From NCBI GenBank assembly GCA_965218435.1, contig CBDCKW010000009.1:160001-224000 (forward strand): a DNA stretch of 64,000 nt, given 5' to 3'. Origin of the DNA: Truepera sp. GTDB lineage: Bacteria; Deinococcota; Deinococci; Deinococcales; Trueperaceae. Below the pieces are notes generated by a model that ran no database searches, was not told where the DNA came from, and worked only from the letters and a program-made list of their open reading frames with translations. The translations under genes were made by a program, and so were the position numbers. Shown here piece after piece: positions 28,385 to 38,786 of the stretch (its first letter is position 1; every line of letters starts with the position of its first letter).

Positions 28385-29543
28385 GAGCCGCCCTTGTGCG
28401 CTGCAAGAAAGTGGTCATTCGCTCCGCCGCCAGCTCCGGGCGCGCCAGCACACCGGCTTGGTCGGCAAGCTTAAAGAGTTCGGCCAGGTGAGGCGTGGTG
28501 CGGACGGCCTCGAGGCCCCCCACCACCTTAAATTGGTCTTGGTAACCGTTCAGATAGGCGAGGAAGACGAGGCCCGTTTTGTAGTGATAGGTCGGCGCTT
28601 CAAAGATGTGCCGCGCCAGCGGTACGGTCCGCGCTAAGAGCGCGTCGTAACGCGCTACGTCGCCCGCGTCAAGCGCGTGTAGGGCCGCTGCCGCAACAGG
28701 AAAGATCGCGTCAAAGATACCCAGCAGTCCGTGGCTGTAGCCCTGCTCGTCCCCCTTGATCAGCACGTCGTAGTTAAAGTCGTCGCCGGTATAGAGCTTG
28801 ACGCCCGGCGGCAGCTTGCGCCGCAACGTCACCTCTTTGTCGGCGTCTAAAAGAGAAATTTTAATCCCGTCAACCTTGTCTCGGTGCCCTTCGATCAGGC
28901 TGAGGCAGGTCTCCATCGCTTCTTGCAAGTCGGGTGAGCCCCAGTAGCCCTCGAGGGCCGGGTCAAACATCGCCCCAAGCCAGTGGAGGATGACCGGTTG
29001 CGACACCTGTGAGAGGATACGGCTATAGACTGTTAGGTAATCGTCGGCGTGCTCCGCAGTCGCGGCTAAAGCGCGGCTCGCCATCAAGATAAGCTGTCCG
29101 CCTCTTGCCTCGATAAACTCACACTGTCTTTCATAGGCGGTAGCCACGTCGTCTAAGCTGAGGTTGTCATAGGTCTTCAGCTGGTCGGTTCCCGCACCGC
29201 AGGCGATACGCCCGCCGACGCTTCTGGCTTCTATCAGCGAGCGGCTGATGAGTTCTTGAGCCACCGGCCAGTTCAGCCCCATGCCGCGCTGCGCCGTGTC
29301 CATCGCCTCGGCGACCCCGAAACCGTAAGACCAGAGGTGGTGGCGGTACCTTAGAGTGGCGTTCCAGTCGAGAACGGCGGGCTTACCGGGGCCGTTATCA
29401 GCCTCTGGGTCGGCGACCACGTGCGCCGCAGCGAAGAGTATCCGGCTCCGAAACGGCTCCTCTACGGGTAGCGGTGCTGAGCTGCCTGAAAGCTGATAGC
29501 GTTCAGACGCACCACCCGGTTTAGGAAGCTGTACCGTCGTCAC
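28377..29543 (-). CDS. DUF993 / dihydrodipicolinate-synthase-like family protein
   Basis: AAAHVVADP, AEAMDTAQRGMGL, ILHWLG.MFDP.L.GYWG, KISLLD, YTGDDFNY, YKTG.VFLA; GTG start overlaps the upstream stop. Confidence 0.85.
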   Translation of the reverse strand: MTTVQLPKPGGASERYQLSGSSAPLPVEEPFRSRILFAAAHVVADPEADNGPGKPAVLDWNATLRYRHHLWSYGFGVAEAMDTAQRGMGLNWPVAQELISRSLIEARSVGGRIACGAGTDQLKTYDNLSLDDVATAYERQCEFIEARGGQLILMASRALAATAEHADDYLTVYSRILSQVSQPVILHWLGAMFDPALEGYWGSPDLQEAMETCLSLIEGHRDKVDGIKISLLDADKEVTLRRKLPPGVKLYTGDDFNYDVLIKGDEQGYSHGLLGIFDAIFPVAAAALHALDAGDVARYDALLARTVPLARHIFEAPTYHYKTGLVFLAYLNGYQDQFKVVGGLEAVRTTPHLAELFKLADQAGVLARPELAAERMTTFLQRTRAAHG

Positions 29544-30715
29544 GGTGCTCCCTCCGCAGACAAAGCCGCGGCTAATTCGGGAACCTCGAGCCAGCGCCGC
29601 TCTTTCCACGATCTAAGTCCGAGTTCGGCGAGCTGGACCCCTTTAGCCCCTTCTAGTAAGGTATGGTCAAAGGGCGTGTCGCAGACAACGTGGGTCAAAA
29701 ACAGCTCCCACTGCGTCTTAAACCCGTTGTCGAAGTTGGTGTTGTCAGGAACGACCTGCCAGTCGCCGTAAAAGTCAATCGCGTTGGGAACGTCCGGATT
29801 CCAGGTCGGTTTGGGGGTTACGCTGCGGTGCTGTACCCGGCATTCTCGCAGTCCGGCAACGGCGCTCCCTTCGGTGCCGTCAACTTGAAAGCTGACCAAC
29901 TCATCGCGGTAAACACGGGTACACCATGACGAGTTGATCTGCGCGACGATACCGCCCCCGAGTTCAAACATCGCGTAAGCGGCGTCGTCGGCGGTCGCGG
30001 CGTAAGGTTCGCCGGCCTCGTCGTAACGCTCACCGATATGGGTTGCCCCCAGGCACAGCACCGAACGTACCGGGCCGAAGAGGTGATCTAACACGTAGCG
30101 CCAGTGGCAGAGCATATCGACGATAATGCCGCCGCCCTCAGCTTTACGGTAGTTCCAGCTCGGGCGCTGCGCGGCTTGCCAGTCCCCTTCAAAAACCCAG
30201 TAACCGAACTCGCCGCGGACCGACAAAATACGTCCGAAAAAGCCGCTGTCAACTAGCCTCTTAAGTTTCAAAAGTCCTGGAAGAAAGCGCTTGTCTTGAA
30301 CTACCCCGTGTTTGATTCCGGCAGCGTCGGCGAGGCGGACCAGCTCGAGCGCGTCTGCGAGCGTCTCGGCAACCGGTTTTTCGGTGTAGACATGTTTCCC
30401 GGCAGCGATCGCCTGTTTGAGGTTGGCGGCGCGGTGCTGCGTTAAAACGGCGTCGAAGTAGACGCTGTTAGCAGGGTCCGCTAAACACGCGTCGAGGTCG
30501 GTACTCCAGCGCGTCACCCCGGTTTCAGCGGCGAGCTGCTCGAGTTTAGCCTCACTGCGTCCGACGAGTACCGGGTCGGGGAGCAGCTTATCTCCGTTTG
30601 GCAGCGCCAGCCCACCCTGATCTATCAGCGCCTTGACCGACCGGAGCAAGTGCTGATTTTTGCCCATCCTGCCGGTCACGCCGTTCATGACGATCCCGAT
30701 TCGCTCCTCAGCCAT
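29540..30715 (-). CDS. Gfo/Idh/MocA oxidoreductase (DUF993-associated type)
   Basis: NGVTGRMG.NQHL, KHVYTEKP, GEFGYWVFEG, RPSWNYR...GGGII.DM. Confidence 0.9.
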   Translation of the reverse strand: MAEERIGIVMNGVTGRMGKNQHLLRSVKALIDQGGLALPNGDKLLPDPVLVGRSEAKLEQLAAETGVTRWSTDLDACLADPANSVYFDAVLTQHRAANLKQAIAAGKHVYTEKPVAETLADALELVRLADAAGIKHGVVQDKRFLPGLLKLKRLVDSGFFGRILSVRGEFGYWVFEGDWQAAQRPSWNYRKAEGGGIIVDMLCHWRYVLDHLFGPVRSVLCLGATHIGERYDEAGEPYAATADDAAYAMFELGGGIVAQINSSWCTRVYRDELVSFQVDGTEGSAVAGLRECRVQHRSVTPKPTWNPDVPNAIDFYGDWQVVPDNTNFDNGFKTQWELFLTHVVCDTPFDHTLLEGAKGVQLAELGLRSWKERRWLEVPELAAALSAEGAP

Positions 30716-31787
30716 GAGTCCTCGTCCGGTCGGCCGCTCTCTGGGCCGTCAAAGCCAGTTCTGCCGCCTTAAACGTATGGGCCTGCGTCATCGCCTGTTC
30801 TGTGCGGTTAAGGCAGTCCAAGATAAGCTCACCGAAAAAGGGAAAGCCGACCTTTCCTGCGACCGGCACATGGTATTCGTCTTCCGACGTAACCAGATAA
30901 AGGTGGTCTTTACTTCCCTCACGGGCCACGTCGGTGTGTTTGCGCAGCTCGAGCGTCCCCTCGGTGCCGAGGACGAAAAGACGCCCGTCGCCCCACGTGC
31001 TTAAGCCCTGCGGCGTAAACCAGTCCACCCGGAAGTAGTTCGAGGTGCCGTTGTCGGCGACTAAGCTGGCTTCGCCGAAGTCCTCGAGCTCTAGATACTC
31101 AAGGTGCGCGAAGTTTTCGACTCGGGCGTTGGTTACAGCTGCGTCTTCTGCCCTACTGTAGAAAAGAAACTGTTCGATCTGATGACTGCCGATGTCGCAG
31201 AGAATTCCCCCATAGTGCTCTTTTTTATAAAACCAGTCCGGCCTGGGCGTCTGGCCTATTTTGTGAGGTCCCAAACCGAGCACCTGAAGCACGTGGCCGA
31301 TGACCCCCTCACCGATGAGCTGACCGGCAAACACTGCACTCTCGACGTGCAGGCGCTCGCTGTAATAGACCAGGTGCTTTTTGCCCGTCTCGGCAACCTT
31401 TTGCCGCGCCGCCTCGAGCTGCGCGAAGGTGGTAAAGGGCGCTTTGTCTACAAAATAATCTTTGCCCGCGTCCAGCACCCGGAGGTCGAGCGCGCCCCGT
31501 TGGTCGGGAATGATCGCGGACGTGACCAGCTTGAGCTCGGGATCGTCGAGAATAGTAGTTTCGTCCGCCGCAATGTCAACGTCGGGAAACCGTCCCTTAA
31601 ACGCCGTCGTTTTAGCGGGATCAGGGTCAAAAACAGTGCGAAGGGTTCCCCCGGCTTGGATCAACCCTTCGCACTGCCCGTAGATATGACCGTGGTCAAG
31701 GCCGATGGCTGCGAACGGAAACTCCCCGGGTTCGCATACGGGCTCAGGCGGTCCTAAAGGCTCGAGCGCCGAAGGCAGACAGCTCAT
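30708..31787 (-). CDS. Gfo/Idh/MocA oxidoreductase
   Basis: GLDHGHI, GKDYFVDK, GGILCDIGSHQ, RVDWFTP.GL.TWGDGR. Confidence 0.9.
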   Translation of the reverse strand: MSCLPSALEPLGPPEPVCEPGEFPFAAIGLDHGHIYGQCEGLIQAGGTLRTVFDPDPAKTTAFKGRFPDVDIAADETTILDDPELKLVTSAIIPDQRGALDLRVLDAGKDYFVDKAPFTTFAQLEAARQKVAETGKKHLVYYSERLHVESAVFAGQLIGEGVIGHVLQVLGLGPHKIGQTPRPDWFYKKEHYGGILCDIGSHQIEQFLFYSRAEDAAVTNARVENFAHLEYLELEDFGEASLVADNGTSNYFRVDWFTPQGLSTWGDGRLFVLGTEGTLELRKHTDVAREGSKDHLYLVTSEDEYHVPVAGKVGFPFFGELILDCLNRTEQAMTQAHTFKAAELALTAQRAADRTRTHG

Positions 31788-32851
31788 ACGGCCATCCGAC
31801 CGTTCATCGCGCCGTAAAAAGGATCACCAACCCCGATAGAGCCGCGCGCGACCGTTCGTCCGGTTAACGCGGACTTGTAGAGGCTGGCGATAAACTCGAG
31901 CGTCTGCCTCGCGCCTTGACCACTGGTCAGCGGACGCGTTCCTTGTCTGAAACAAGCAACCATATAACTGACTTGAGCATGGTGAAGGGTCGGGGCTTCT
32001 ACCGGTAGTTGCCATTCACTGTCGTCAGGGGCACCTTCGGGCCGGGTAAACGTCCAGTCGCTGTTGCGAAAATTATGGAGGTGCTCGAGCTCGACCGTGG
32101 CCCGTTGAAAGTCGAGCCTCAGGTAGCTCTCCTGGCGCGGCGAAACCACCGAGGTGACGACCGAGCCCAGCGCACCGTTTTCAAACTCGACCAGTGCCAG
32201 CGATACGTCTTCAACCTCGATGTCGTGGTCGAGGGTACCGATCTTGGCCGTAACGTTGTGCCAAGGACCGTAAAGCCAGAGAAACAGGTCTATGGCGTGA
32301 ATCCCGTGTCCCATCGTGCAGCCTCCCAGTTCGCTGGCCCAGGTTCCTCGCCACGGCACCGCGTAGTAGGCGTCGTCACGAAACCAGGTGGTTTGGCAGA
32401 GACCCAGCAGGGCGCGCCCCAACGCACCGGCGTCAATGAGCTTTTTAAGGTGCTGTGCGCCCGAACCAAACCGCCACTGATACACGCTGCTACAGAAGTT
32501 CCCGGTCCGCGCCTCGGCGTCGGCGATCAGGTCGAGCTGCTCGAGCGACGCGACCAGCGGCTTTTCGCACAACACCCAAGCTCCCCCTTCGAGGCAGGCC
32601 ACAGTGAGCTCGGCGTGAAGCTGCGGCGGCGTACAGATGTGAACGAGGTCGGGCGTCTCCCGCGCCAACATCTCGTGCGTGTCGGTGTAAGTCTCTGGAA
32701 TCCCGTACTTACCGGCAAAGGCTGCGGCAGCTTGCTGATTGACGTCGGCGGCTGCGACCAGCTCGACGCGTTCACGCTCGTGCAACAGGGCTTCAGCGTG
32801 AACATGCGCAATACCGCCGGTGCCGACAATGGCGGCGCGGAGTTTCGTCAT
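31784..32851 (-). CDS. Gfo/Idh/MocA oxidoreductase
   Basis: AIVGTGGIA, LCEKP, WRGTW..E.GG...GIH.ID; start set at MTKLR. Confidence 0.9.
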   Translation of the reverse strand: MTKLRAAIVGTGGIAHVHAEALLHERERVELVAAADVNQQAAAAFAGKYGIPETYTDTHEMLARETPDLVHICTPPQLHAELTVACLEGGAWVLCEKPLVASLEQLDLIADAEARTGNFCSSVYQWRFGSGAQHLKKLIDAGALGRALLGLCQTTWFRDDAYYAVPWRGTWASELGGCTMGHGIHAIDLFLWLYGPWHNVTAKIGTLDHDIEVEDVSLALVEFENGALGSVVTSVVSPRQESYLRLDFQRATVELEHLHNFRNSDWTFTRPEGAPDDSEWQLPVEAPTLHHAQVSYMVACFRQGTRPLTSGQGARQTLEFIASLYKSALTGRTVARGSIGVGDPFYGAMNGRMAV

Positions 32852-32966
32852 GAGCGACTTGCTTGCTGCGAACCAAAAAGTATCAACTTGAAGCTCCTGC
32901 TTTCGTTCGGCGGCGTCCAACGACCTTCTGCGGTCGCCGTGCAGATTTTTTTAGGCGTTCCCTGCA

Positions 32967-33746
32967 CTAGCCGTTACCTTGAACGCTGCCGTCGAGCTCG
33001 AGCGTAGCCGGGTCGAAATAACGGTTAAGGGTGCCGCAAAACCCAGGTGTCTGGTAAGCCCCGGCAGAGATGGAAAAATGCTTTGCCCCGGAGAGATACC
33101 TGACGTCCCCTGCTCTTAGCGCGCCCAGATGAGCCAACGACAGCTCCGCTTCTGCCAACGCACCGTTCCTGACGATGTCGCCCCAACCCTCTTGCAGCTT
33201 TTTCGTTCGCTCGTTGGCCGTTCTATAAAAACCGTCAAGCGCCCGTCGCCCGGCCTCACGGCTCTGCGCAAACGCTGCTGCAAGCTCGAGAAACCCGGTG
33301 ACGCCGCGGTCACGACGACGGTAAGCATCCTCAAAAGAAGAAACCGTCATCGCCCGGGTGTACGCCTCGTCACTTTCCAAGATGGCGTGTTCAAAACAGA
33401 CGACGTTATCCCCTCGCTCGGGCAGCCCACTGTTTTGCATCGTGATTAACAGCTCGAGGTCGCCGCTCGGGTTGAGCAAGCGGTGAATCGTTCCGGGGCT
33501 AAAAATCAGCGCGGTGTGGGGCTCGAGTTCAACTTTGGCAAAGCCTTGCGCGTCAATCAGCTCCACTGCGCCGCTGCCTGAAAGCACGAAGTACATCTCG
33601 CTGCACACAAAGTGAACGTGGGGCGTCCCGCCGCGCTGCCCGTCGGGGGCCACGGTGTCGTAGACCTTTAAGCGTGTTACCAAGGTCCCGCCGGGCATTC
33701 GTAAGGATGCTGTAGACGGTGTGGGTACGAATGTATTTGTCAGCAT
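32967..33746 (-). CDS. Cupin domain-containing protein
   Basis: GTPHVH...E.YFVL.GSG and PGTIHRL.N cupin motifs. Confidence 0.8.
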   Translation of the reverse strand: MLTNTFVPTPSTASLRMPGGTLVTRLKVYDTVAPDGQRGGTPHVHFVCSEMYFVLSGSGAVELIDAQGFAKVELEPHTALIFSPGTIHRLLNPSGDLELLITMQNSGLPERGDNVVCFEHAILESDEAYTRAMTVSSFEDAYRRRDRGVTGFLELAAAFAQSREAGRRALDGFYRTANERTKKLQEGWGDIVRNGALAEAELSLAHLGALRAGDVRYLSGAKHFSISAGAYQTPGFCGTLNRYFDPATLELDGSVQGNG

Positions 33747-33855
33747 GACCTGCTGAGCTTTCTGCCCTGAAGCGGTGACGAACGCCTCTTATCAGGCGTA
33801 ATGGTCAAAGTCTCGACCGAGTTTAGACCAAGTTTAGGTCAGTATCGGCGTGAAG

Positions 33856-33877
33856 CTCGAGGGGTAGCCCCCTCGAG
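33856..33877. other. Intercistronic stem-loop after the solute-binding gene
   Basis: CTCGAGGGG-tagc-CCCCTCGAG. Confidence 0.55.
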
Positions 33878-33888
33878 TCAGGCTGATG

Positions 33889-35385
33889 TTACTGAATGAT
33901 GCCGGATTCCGCAGCCGCCTGGTTCGCTTCGGCGGTGTACTGCTCGAGGCCGATGCCGTTTAACGTTGCCACGTAGTCGTCCCATTCGTCGAACGATTTT
34001 TGACCGAGCATAAACTGCAGTTCGGTCGCAGCGATGGTGCGCTGCAAATCAGCAGCGATCACCGGCGAGGCGGGCGGAACGGCAGCAAAATCGGTCACGT
34101 CGGTTTTAGGATAGTCGTACGAGCGTTTGAGCAAGGTGCCTGTATCAATCGTCTCACCGTTGCTGTGCTCGGTCACGAGGGCGTAACGGCTCTGCAACTC
34201 TTCGTCGTTCCCCTTGTACGACCAGCCGACCAGCTGCCGCTGAATAATACACGCGTTTTCATTGTTCTGGATGATTTTACCCGTTTCGTCGCGGTGCCAG
34301 CATTCGCCTTTCGGCCCGTACGAGGTCGGGTAGTAGCCGTCCGTGGCCATCCACTCGAAAAGTTTGGCAATGGCCTCGCCTTTGCCCGCGTCAATGGCCT
34401 TTTGCGACACGGCAAAGATGTTGCCGTGTCGCGCGTACGTCGCGCCCGCGCTCGCCCCGTCCGGGCCGACGGGCGGGTTGATCACGGCAAGTCTTCCGGT
34501 CGGATTGATTTCGGCGAAGTAGGGATAGTTACCTACGCAGTAGGTGGCGCACCAGTCGTCAACAAATAAGCCGATGCGACCGGCTTTCCACTTGTTGTTG
34601 AAATCGGTGAACTTTTGCGCTTGCCAGTCGGGGTCCATCACGCCGGCAGCGACGACTTGGCTGATAAACTCGAGGGCTTGCCGCCGCTCCGGGCTCGTGG
34701 CGACCGGCGTCAGCTGTCCGTCTCGAACCTGCCACGCCCCGAGTGCGTCAAACGCCCCGAATAGGGGGTCGAGCCCTCCGTAGGTGCCGTTGTCGTTGAC
34801 GAAAGCCGACCAGCTGTAGGTGTCGTTGCGACCGTTTCCGTCGGGGTCTTGAGTGGTAAACGCCTTCATCACCTCGAGGTATTCGCCCGTTGTCTGGGGT
34901 GTCTCGAGGCCGAGTTTGTCAAGCCAGTCCTGACGAACCGACACAAACGGTTTGTAGGGAAAAGCCGTCTGGGTAACGAGGCCGTACTGGGTACCGCCGA
35001 ACGTACCGATGGGCGCTAGCGCGGTGACATCATGGTCTTTGACGTAGTCGGGCATGTCTCCGAGTAGCGGCCCCCAATCGCCCAAGAGACCCTGCGGTGC
35101 TAACTGCGCGACGTCTTGTGGCGTGACAAAAAACAGGTCGGGCAAGTCGTTGGCTCCGGCGCGGGTCGTCAGCACGGTCCCATAACTGCCGCCTAACACC
35201 CACGAGATGTTGACGTCGATATCTAGGTCTTCTTGTACTTTTTTGGTCCAGTACCATTCAGGCGGCGGCTGCCCGACCTCAGCGGAGTTGACCCCCGACA
35301 TAAGCTCAATCTCGGTTTGAGCTGCGGCGTAAAACCCGAACGTCAACCCTATAAAGCTAGCCAGTATTCCAACAGACTTCTTCAC
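33889..35385 (-). CDS. Carbohydrate ABC transporter solute-binding protein (LplA-like)
   Basis: Signal peptide; VRQDWLDKLGLE.P.T..E...V.KAF...DPDGNG.ND. Confidence 0.88.
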   Translation of the reverse strand: MKKSVGILASFIGLTFGFYAAAQTEIELMSGVNSAEVGQPPPEWYWTKKVQEDLDIDVNISWVLGGSYGTVLTTRAGANDLPDLFFVTPQDVAQLAPQGLLGDWGPLLGDMPDYVKDHDVTALAPIGTFGGTQYGLVTQTAFPYKPFVSVRQDWLDKLGLETPQTTGEYLEVMKAFTTQDPDGNGRNDTYSWSAFVNDNGTYGGLDPLFGAFDALGAWQVRDGQLTPVATSPERRQALEFISQVVAAGVMDPDWQAQKFTDFNNKWKAGRIGLFVDDWCATYCVGNYPYFAEINPTGRLAVINPPVGPDGASAGATYARHGNIFAVSQKAIDAGKGEAIAKLFEWMATDGYYPTSYGPKGECWHRDETGKIIQNNENACIIQRQLVGWSYKGNDEELQSRYALVTEHSNGETIDTGTLLKRSYDYPKTDVTDFAAVPPASPVIAADLQRTIAATELQFMLGQKSFDEWDDYVATLNGIGLEQYTAEANQAAAESGIIQ

Positions 35386-35503
35386 GTGTTTCTCCTTTTT
35401 GAGAGCGTAAGTAGCTCGAGTTTAGTAGCGTTTCAAGACCAAAGTTAAGGTGTGACCTGTTAGGGCGTCGCTATCACCTCCTCTCGGCGCGACTACGCAG
35501 CGG

Positions 35504-36382
35504 TTACTCTTTGACCGAACCCAACAAGACCCCGGAGGTAAAATGCCGTTGCAAAAAGGGATAGACGATCAAGATGGGGATCGTGGTGAGAACCACCGCG
35601 GCCATTCTCAGCGACTCGGGCGGCGCAATGCGGTCAGCGTCTACAGGGACGTAGTTGTTGATGCTGCCCGCCGTTAAGATTTGCCGCAGCACAACCTGGA
35701 GGGGCTGCTTATCAGCCTGGGTAATAAATAAGATCGCGTCAAAAAAGCTGTTCCAGTGACCGACCGCATAAAAAAGCCCGATAGTTGCCAAAATAGGCTT
35801 GGAAAGCGGTAAGACAATCCGCCAAAACACCTGCAAATCTGAAGCGCCGTCAATCCTGGCCGCGTCTTCAATCTCACCGGGAATGTTTTGAAAAAACGAT
35901 TTCATGACGAGCAGGTTAAACACGCTGATCAGGTTGGGGAGCATAAGCGCCCAATAGGTATTCATCAGCCCAAGGTCTTTGACAACCAGGTACCTAGGTA
36001 CAAGCCCGCCGCTAAACAGGGCTGTAAACAAGACGAAGAGTAGGAGCGGTGAGCGCAAACGAAAGCGTTTTTTGGCCAGCGGGTAGGCCATAAGCGTGGT
36101 CGCCACAAGATTAAGAAAGGTGCCGAAAGTGGTGATGTAAACGCTGACTAGAAAAGCCCTCGGCAACTGCCAAGAGCTGAGGAGCTGCTGATAGGACTCC
36201 AAAGTCATCTTGGCCGGTGAGATAAAAAGGCTGCCACCCGTACGCGACCAGACGTCGAACGGGGTAAGTGAGATCATGACCAGATACCAAAGTGGGATGA
36301 TCACTGCGAGGCTAATTAAGATCAGCGTGATCCAGACGCCCACATCCCATAACTTCTCGCCTAAACCTACGCTTTCTAGCAT
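35504..36382 (-). CDS. Carbohydrate ABC permease (LplC-like)
   Basis: FSGGLVP.Y, EIEDAARIDGA (EAA motif), YPFLQRHF..GV.LGSVKE. Confidence 0.92.
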   Translation of the reverse strand: MLESVGLGEKLWDVGVWITLILISLAVIIPLWYLVMISLTPFDVWSRTGGSLFISPAKMTLESYQQLLSSWQLPRAFLVSVYITTFGTFLNLVATTLMAYPLAKKRFRLRSPLLLFVLFTALFSGGLVPRYLVVKDLGLMNTYWALMLPNLISVFNLLVMKSFFQNIPGEIEDAARIDGASDLQVFWRIVLPLSKPILATIGLFYAVGHWNSFFDAILFITQADKQPLQVVLRQILTAGSINNYVPVDADRIAPPESLRMAAVVLTTIPILIVYPFLQRHFTSGVLLGSVKE

Positions 36383-36428
36383 GCGGTTTCTCCTTTAAGT
36401 GTAAACGTCCTCGTCGTTGCGGGCGTCG

Positions 36429-37379
36429 TCACCAGATTCCCGTGCCGGTATAACGTTTGGAGGCCCAGTTCGCCGCCACGATCAGAAAAAAGCCGATGAC
36501 CCCCTTGAACAGGCCGACCGCTGCCGCCAGCGAGAACTGAAAACCTTGCACACCCGTCCGGTAAACCCAGGTGTCGATGATGTCCCCAACGCCGTAGACT
36601 GAGGGGCTGTAGAGGATAAACACCTGCTCGAAGCCTGCGCTCAGGAGGTTGCCTATGTTGAGCATGGTGACGGGAAGAATGCCGGGTAGACTGATGTGCC
36701 GAATACGCTGAAACCGGGTTGCGCCGTCTACTGCCGCAGCTTCATAAAGGCTCGGTGAAATACCCGTAAGTGCGGCTAGATAGATGATCGCGCCCCAACC
36801 CGCACTCTTCCAGATTTCAGACGTCACCAGCACCGTACGAAACCAGGTAGGTTCAACCAAAAAGTTAATGGGGTTACTTCCGAGGTCAACCAGCGCCTTG
36901 TTGAGTAACCCCGTAGAAGGCGATAAAACCGTCTGCAAAACGTCGTAGATTACAATCCATGACAAAAAGTGGGGTAAGTAAATAATGGTTTGCACAGCAT
37001 TTTTGAACAGCCGCACGCGGACTTCGTTGATAAGGATCGCCATACCGACGGCAGGCAACAGGCCAAAAACGAGTTTGTAAACACTGATAAGCACCGTGTT
37101 GATCAGTACGTTGGTAAAGTACGTGCTTTGAAAAATAGTTTGAAAGTTTTGAAAGCCGACCCAAGGACTACCGCTAAACCCTTTGAGTACCTAATAATTT
37201 TTGAAGGCAATAATAGCGCCGTACATCGGATAGTACTGAAAAACGAGAAAATAGACGGTGCCGGGTAAAACCATGAGGTAGAGGATGTAATGGCGGCGCA
37301 GCTCTTGCACAAGCCGTTTCAGCGGTGCGCGAATTCCTTTTCGACTTGAACGCTGCCCTTGCTGTACCCTGGTTGCCAC
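36429..37379 (-). pseudogene. Carbohydrate ABC permease (LplB-like) with an in-frame TAG
   Basis: One frame: ...YYPMYGAIIAFKNY(TAG 37191-37193)VLKGFSGSPWVGFQNF...YLPHFLSW...LYEAAAVDGA. Confidence 0.88.
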
Positions 37380-37418
37380 TTGTCACCTCTTTTTTAGTTC
37401 GGCACAATCGTAGCAGAA

Positions 37419-37429
37419 ATCATATATGA
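37419..37429. promoter_or_regulatory. Second copy of the GntR-like palindrome core upstream of the ABC operon
   Basis: ATCATATATGA matches 26493-26503. Confidence 0.55.
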
Positions 37430-37451
37430 AGTAAAGGGTTTACATATTATT

Positions 37452-38786
37452 GGGTGCGTCTCAAAACGGGAGGTTGATAGAGTAGCGAATGACTAAAGCT
37501 AAGGAAGCTCTGAAAGCGGAGTTATTGGAGTTGTATAGCGGAGCTTTGGCCGAGATGCTAGCGGCGTGTCCGAAGCGAGTAGGCTTTGGAGAGCTTGAAG
37601 AGCAGGTGAAGAAGCCGGCCACGCGAATCCTTCCCAAGACCTTGAGTAGCCTAGCTGAAAAGCGAGGCATTTTCTCCCCTGAAGTGCGCTTACTGCCAAG
37701 AGAAATTGCGAAAGAACGGTAGACGGTCCACCACTATCCTGACAATCTGGGGCAAATGCCGTTTAAGCTTGCAACGGGGCTACTGCCGCAACTGCACCAA
37801 ACACGTTCAGCCCTTACCTGTAGGTCTCGATACGAGCGGTCTGAGCCCCGGAGCACTGAAGCGGGTGCTAGACCAGAACACGCGGCTGCCTTTTCGAGAA
37901 GCGCGCGAAGCCCTGGAGGTTCAAGGGCTTTGCTTGAGTCTAAGTCACTGTGAACGCTTGACCCAAGGCTACAGCAGAGTTTTAGAGGCGGAGTGTGTCA
38001 CTTGGCTTAGCCGTTTAGCCCACCAACCGCTGGCGAGTACAAGGGGAACGCAACGGTTGATGGTGGTTCAAGCGGACGGGGTTTTCGTCATGGAACGAGA
38101 CAAACCTGTGTTTGGACAGTGTGAAGGCCGGGAGGTCAAGCAGGTGTTGTTCTATCCCGGCAATACTCCCAGTGAACGCGACAGTTACGCCAGCGCAGCC
38201 CCTGTAGACCACTTTATCCCCCTAGCCCAAGGACTGATGCGTCACACGGGCGTAAGACAGCAAGATGTTCTTGTCGGAGTGGGTGACGGTGCTCTCTGGG
38301 TACAAGGGCTGTTCGACACTTTAGGGGTCAAGCAGCGCATTTTGGACGTTTATCATGCCACGTTCTATCTGGATAAGGTGCTGCTGGCTATGGCTTGGCC
38401 TGAAGCAAAACGGGAGACCGAGCGAAGACTTTGGCTACGTGGTGAGGTAGACGCTCGCAACTGGTTCTCAGCACACCTGCCGCCACCCCAGGTGTGCTCG
38501 CAGTGGTCGGCAGAGGCTAAAGGCGCACTGCGCTATCTTCAACAGCGCCTAGCTACGATGGACTACAAGGTTTACCGGACAAGAGGCTGGCCCAATCGGT
38601 AGTGGGCAAATTGAAGGTGCCAACAAATTTGTTATCGCTGCTCGTATGAAGCGTGGTGGTATGCGCTAGTCACGTAAAGGTATCTCCCGTATGGCTGCGC
38701 TAAGAAGTGTCCAATTCTCCAAACGTCCTTTAGTCGCTTTTCATGAAACCCGCTTAGCGGCTTTCCGCCAAATTTGAGACGCACCC
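37452..38786 (+). mobile_element. ISKra4-family-like insertion sequence, degenerate
   Basis: TIR GGGTGCGTCTCAAA / TTTGAGACGCACCC; 9-bp TSD CATATTATT (37443-37451, 38787-38795). Confidence 0.9.
37489..38760 (+). pseudogene. ISKra4-like DDE transposase in several frames
   Basis: ADG, GDGA.W, ILDVYHA, GWP/IGSGQIEGANK...RMKRGGMR(TAG)S; frameshift near 38590 and TAG where family Trp is expected. Confidence 0.8.

Noticed and set aside
32009..33007. Long opposite-strand ORFs (also 58932-59888, 38824-39540, 31104-31757)
   Set aside because: Antisense shadows of well-supported genes in GC-rich DNA, with no recognisable motifs.
5064..38670. TAG reassignment or readthrough suggested by four in-frame TAG codons
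   Set aside because: TAG ends intact genes at expected positions (minC, MarR, binding protein 45645, several oxidoreductases), the interrupted positions do not imply a single amino acid, and no suppressor tRNA is present.
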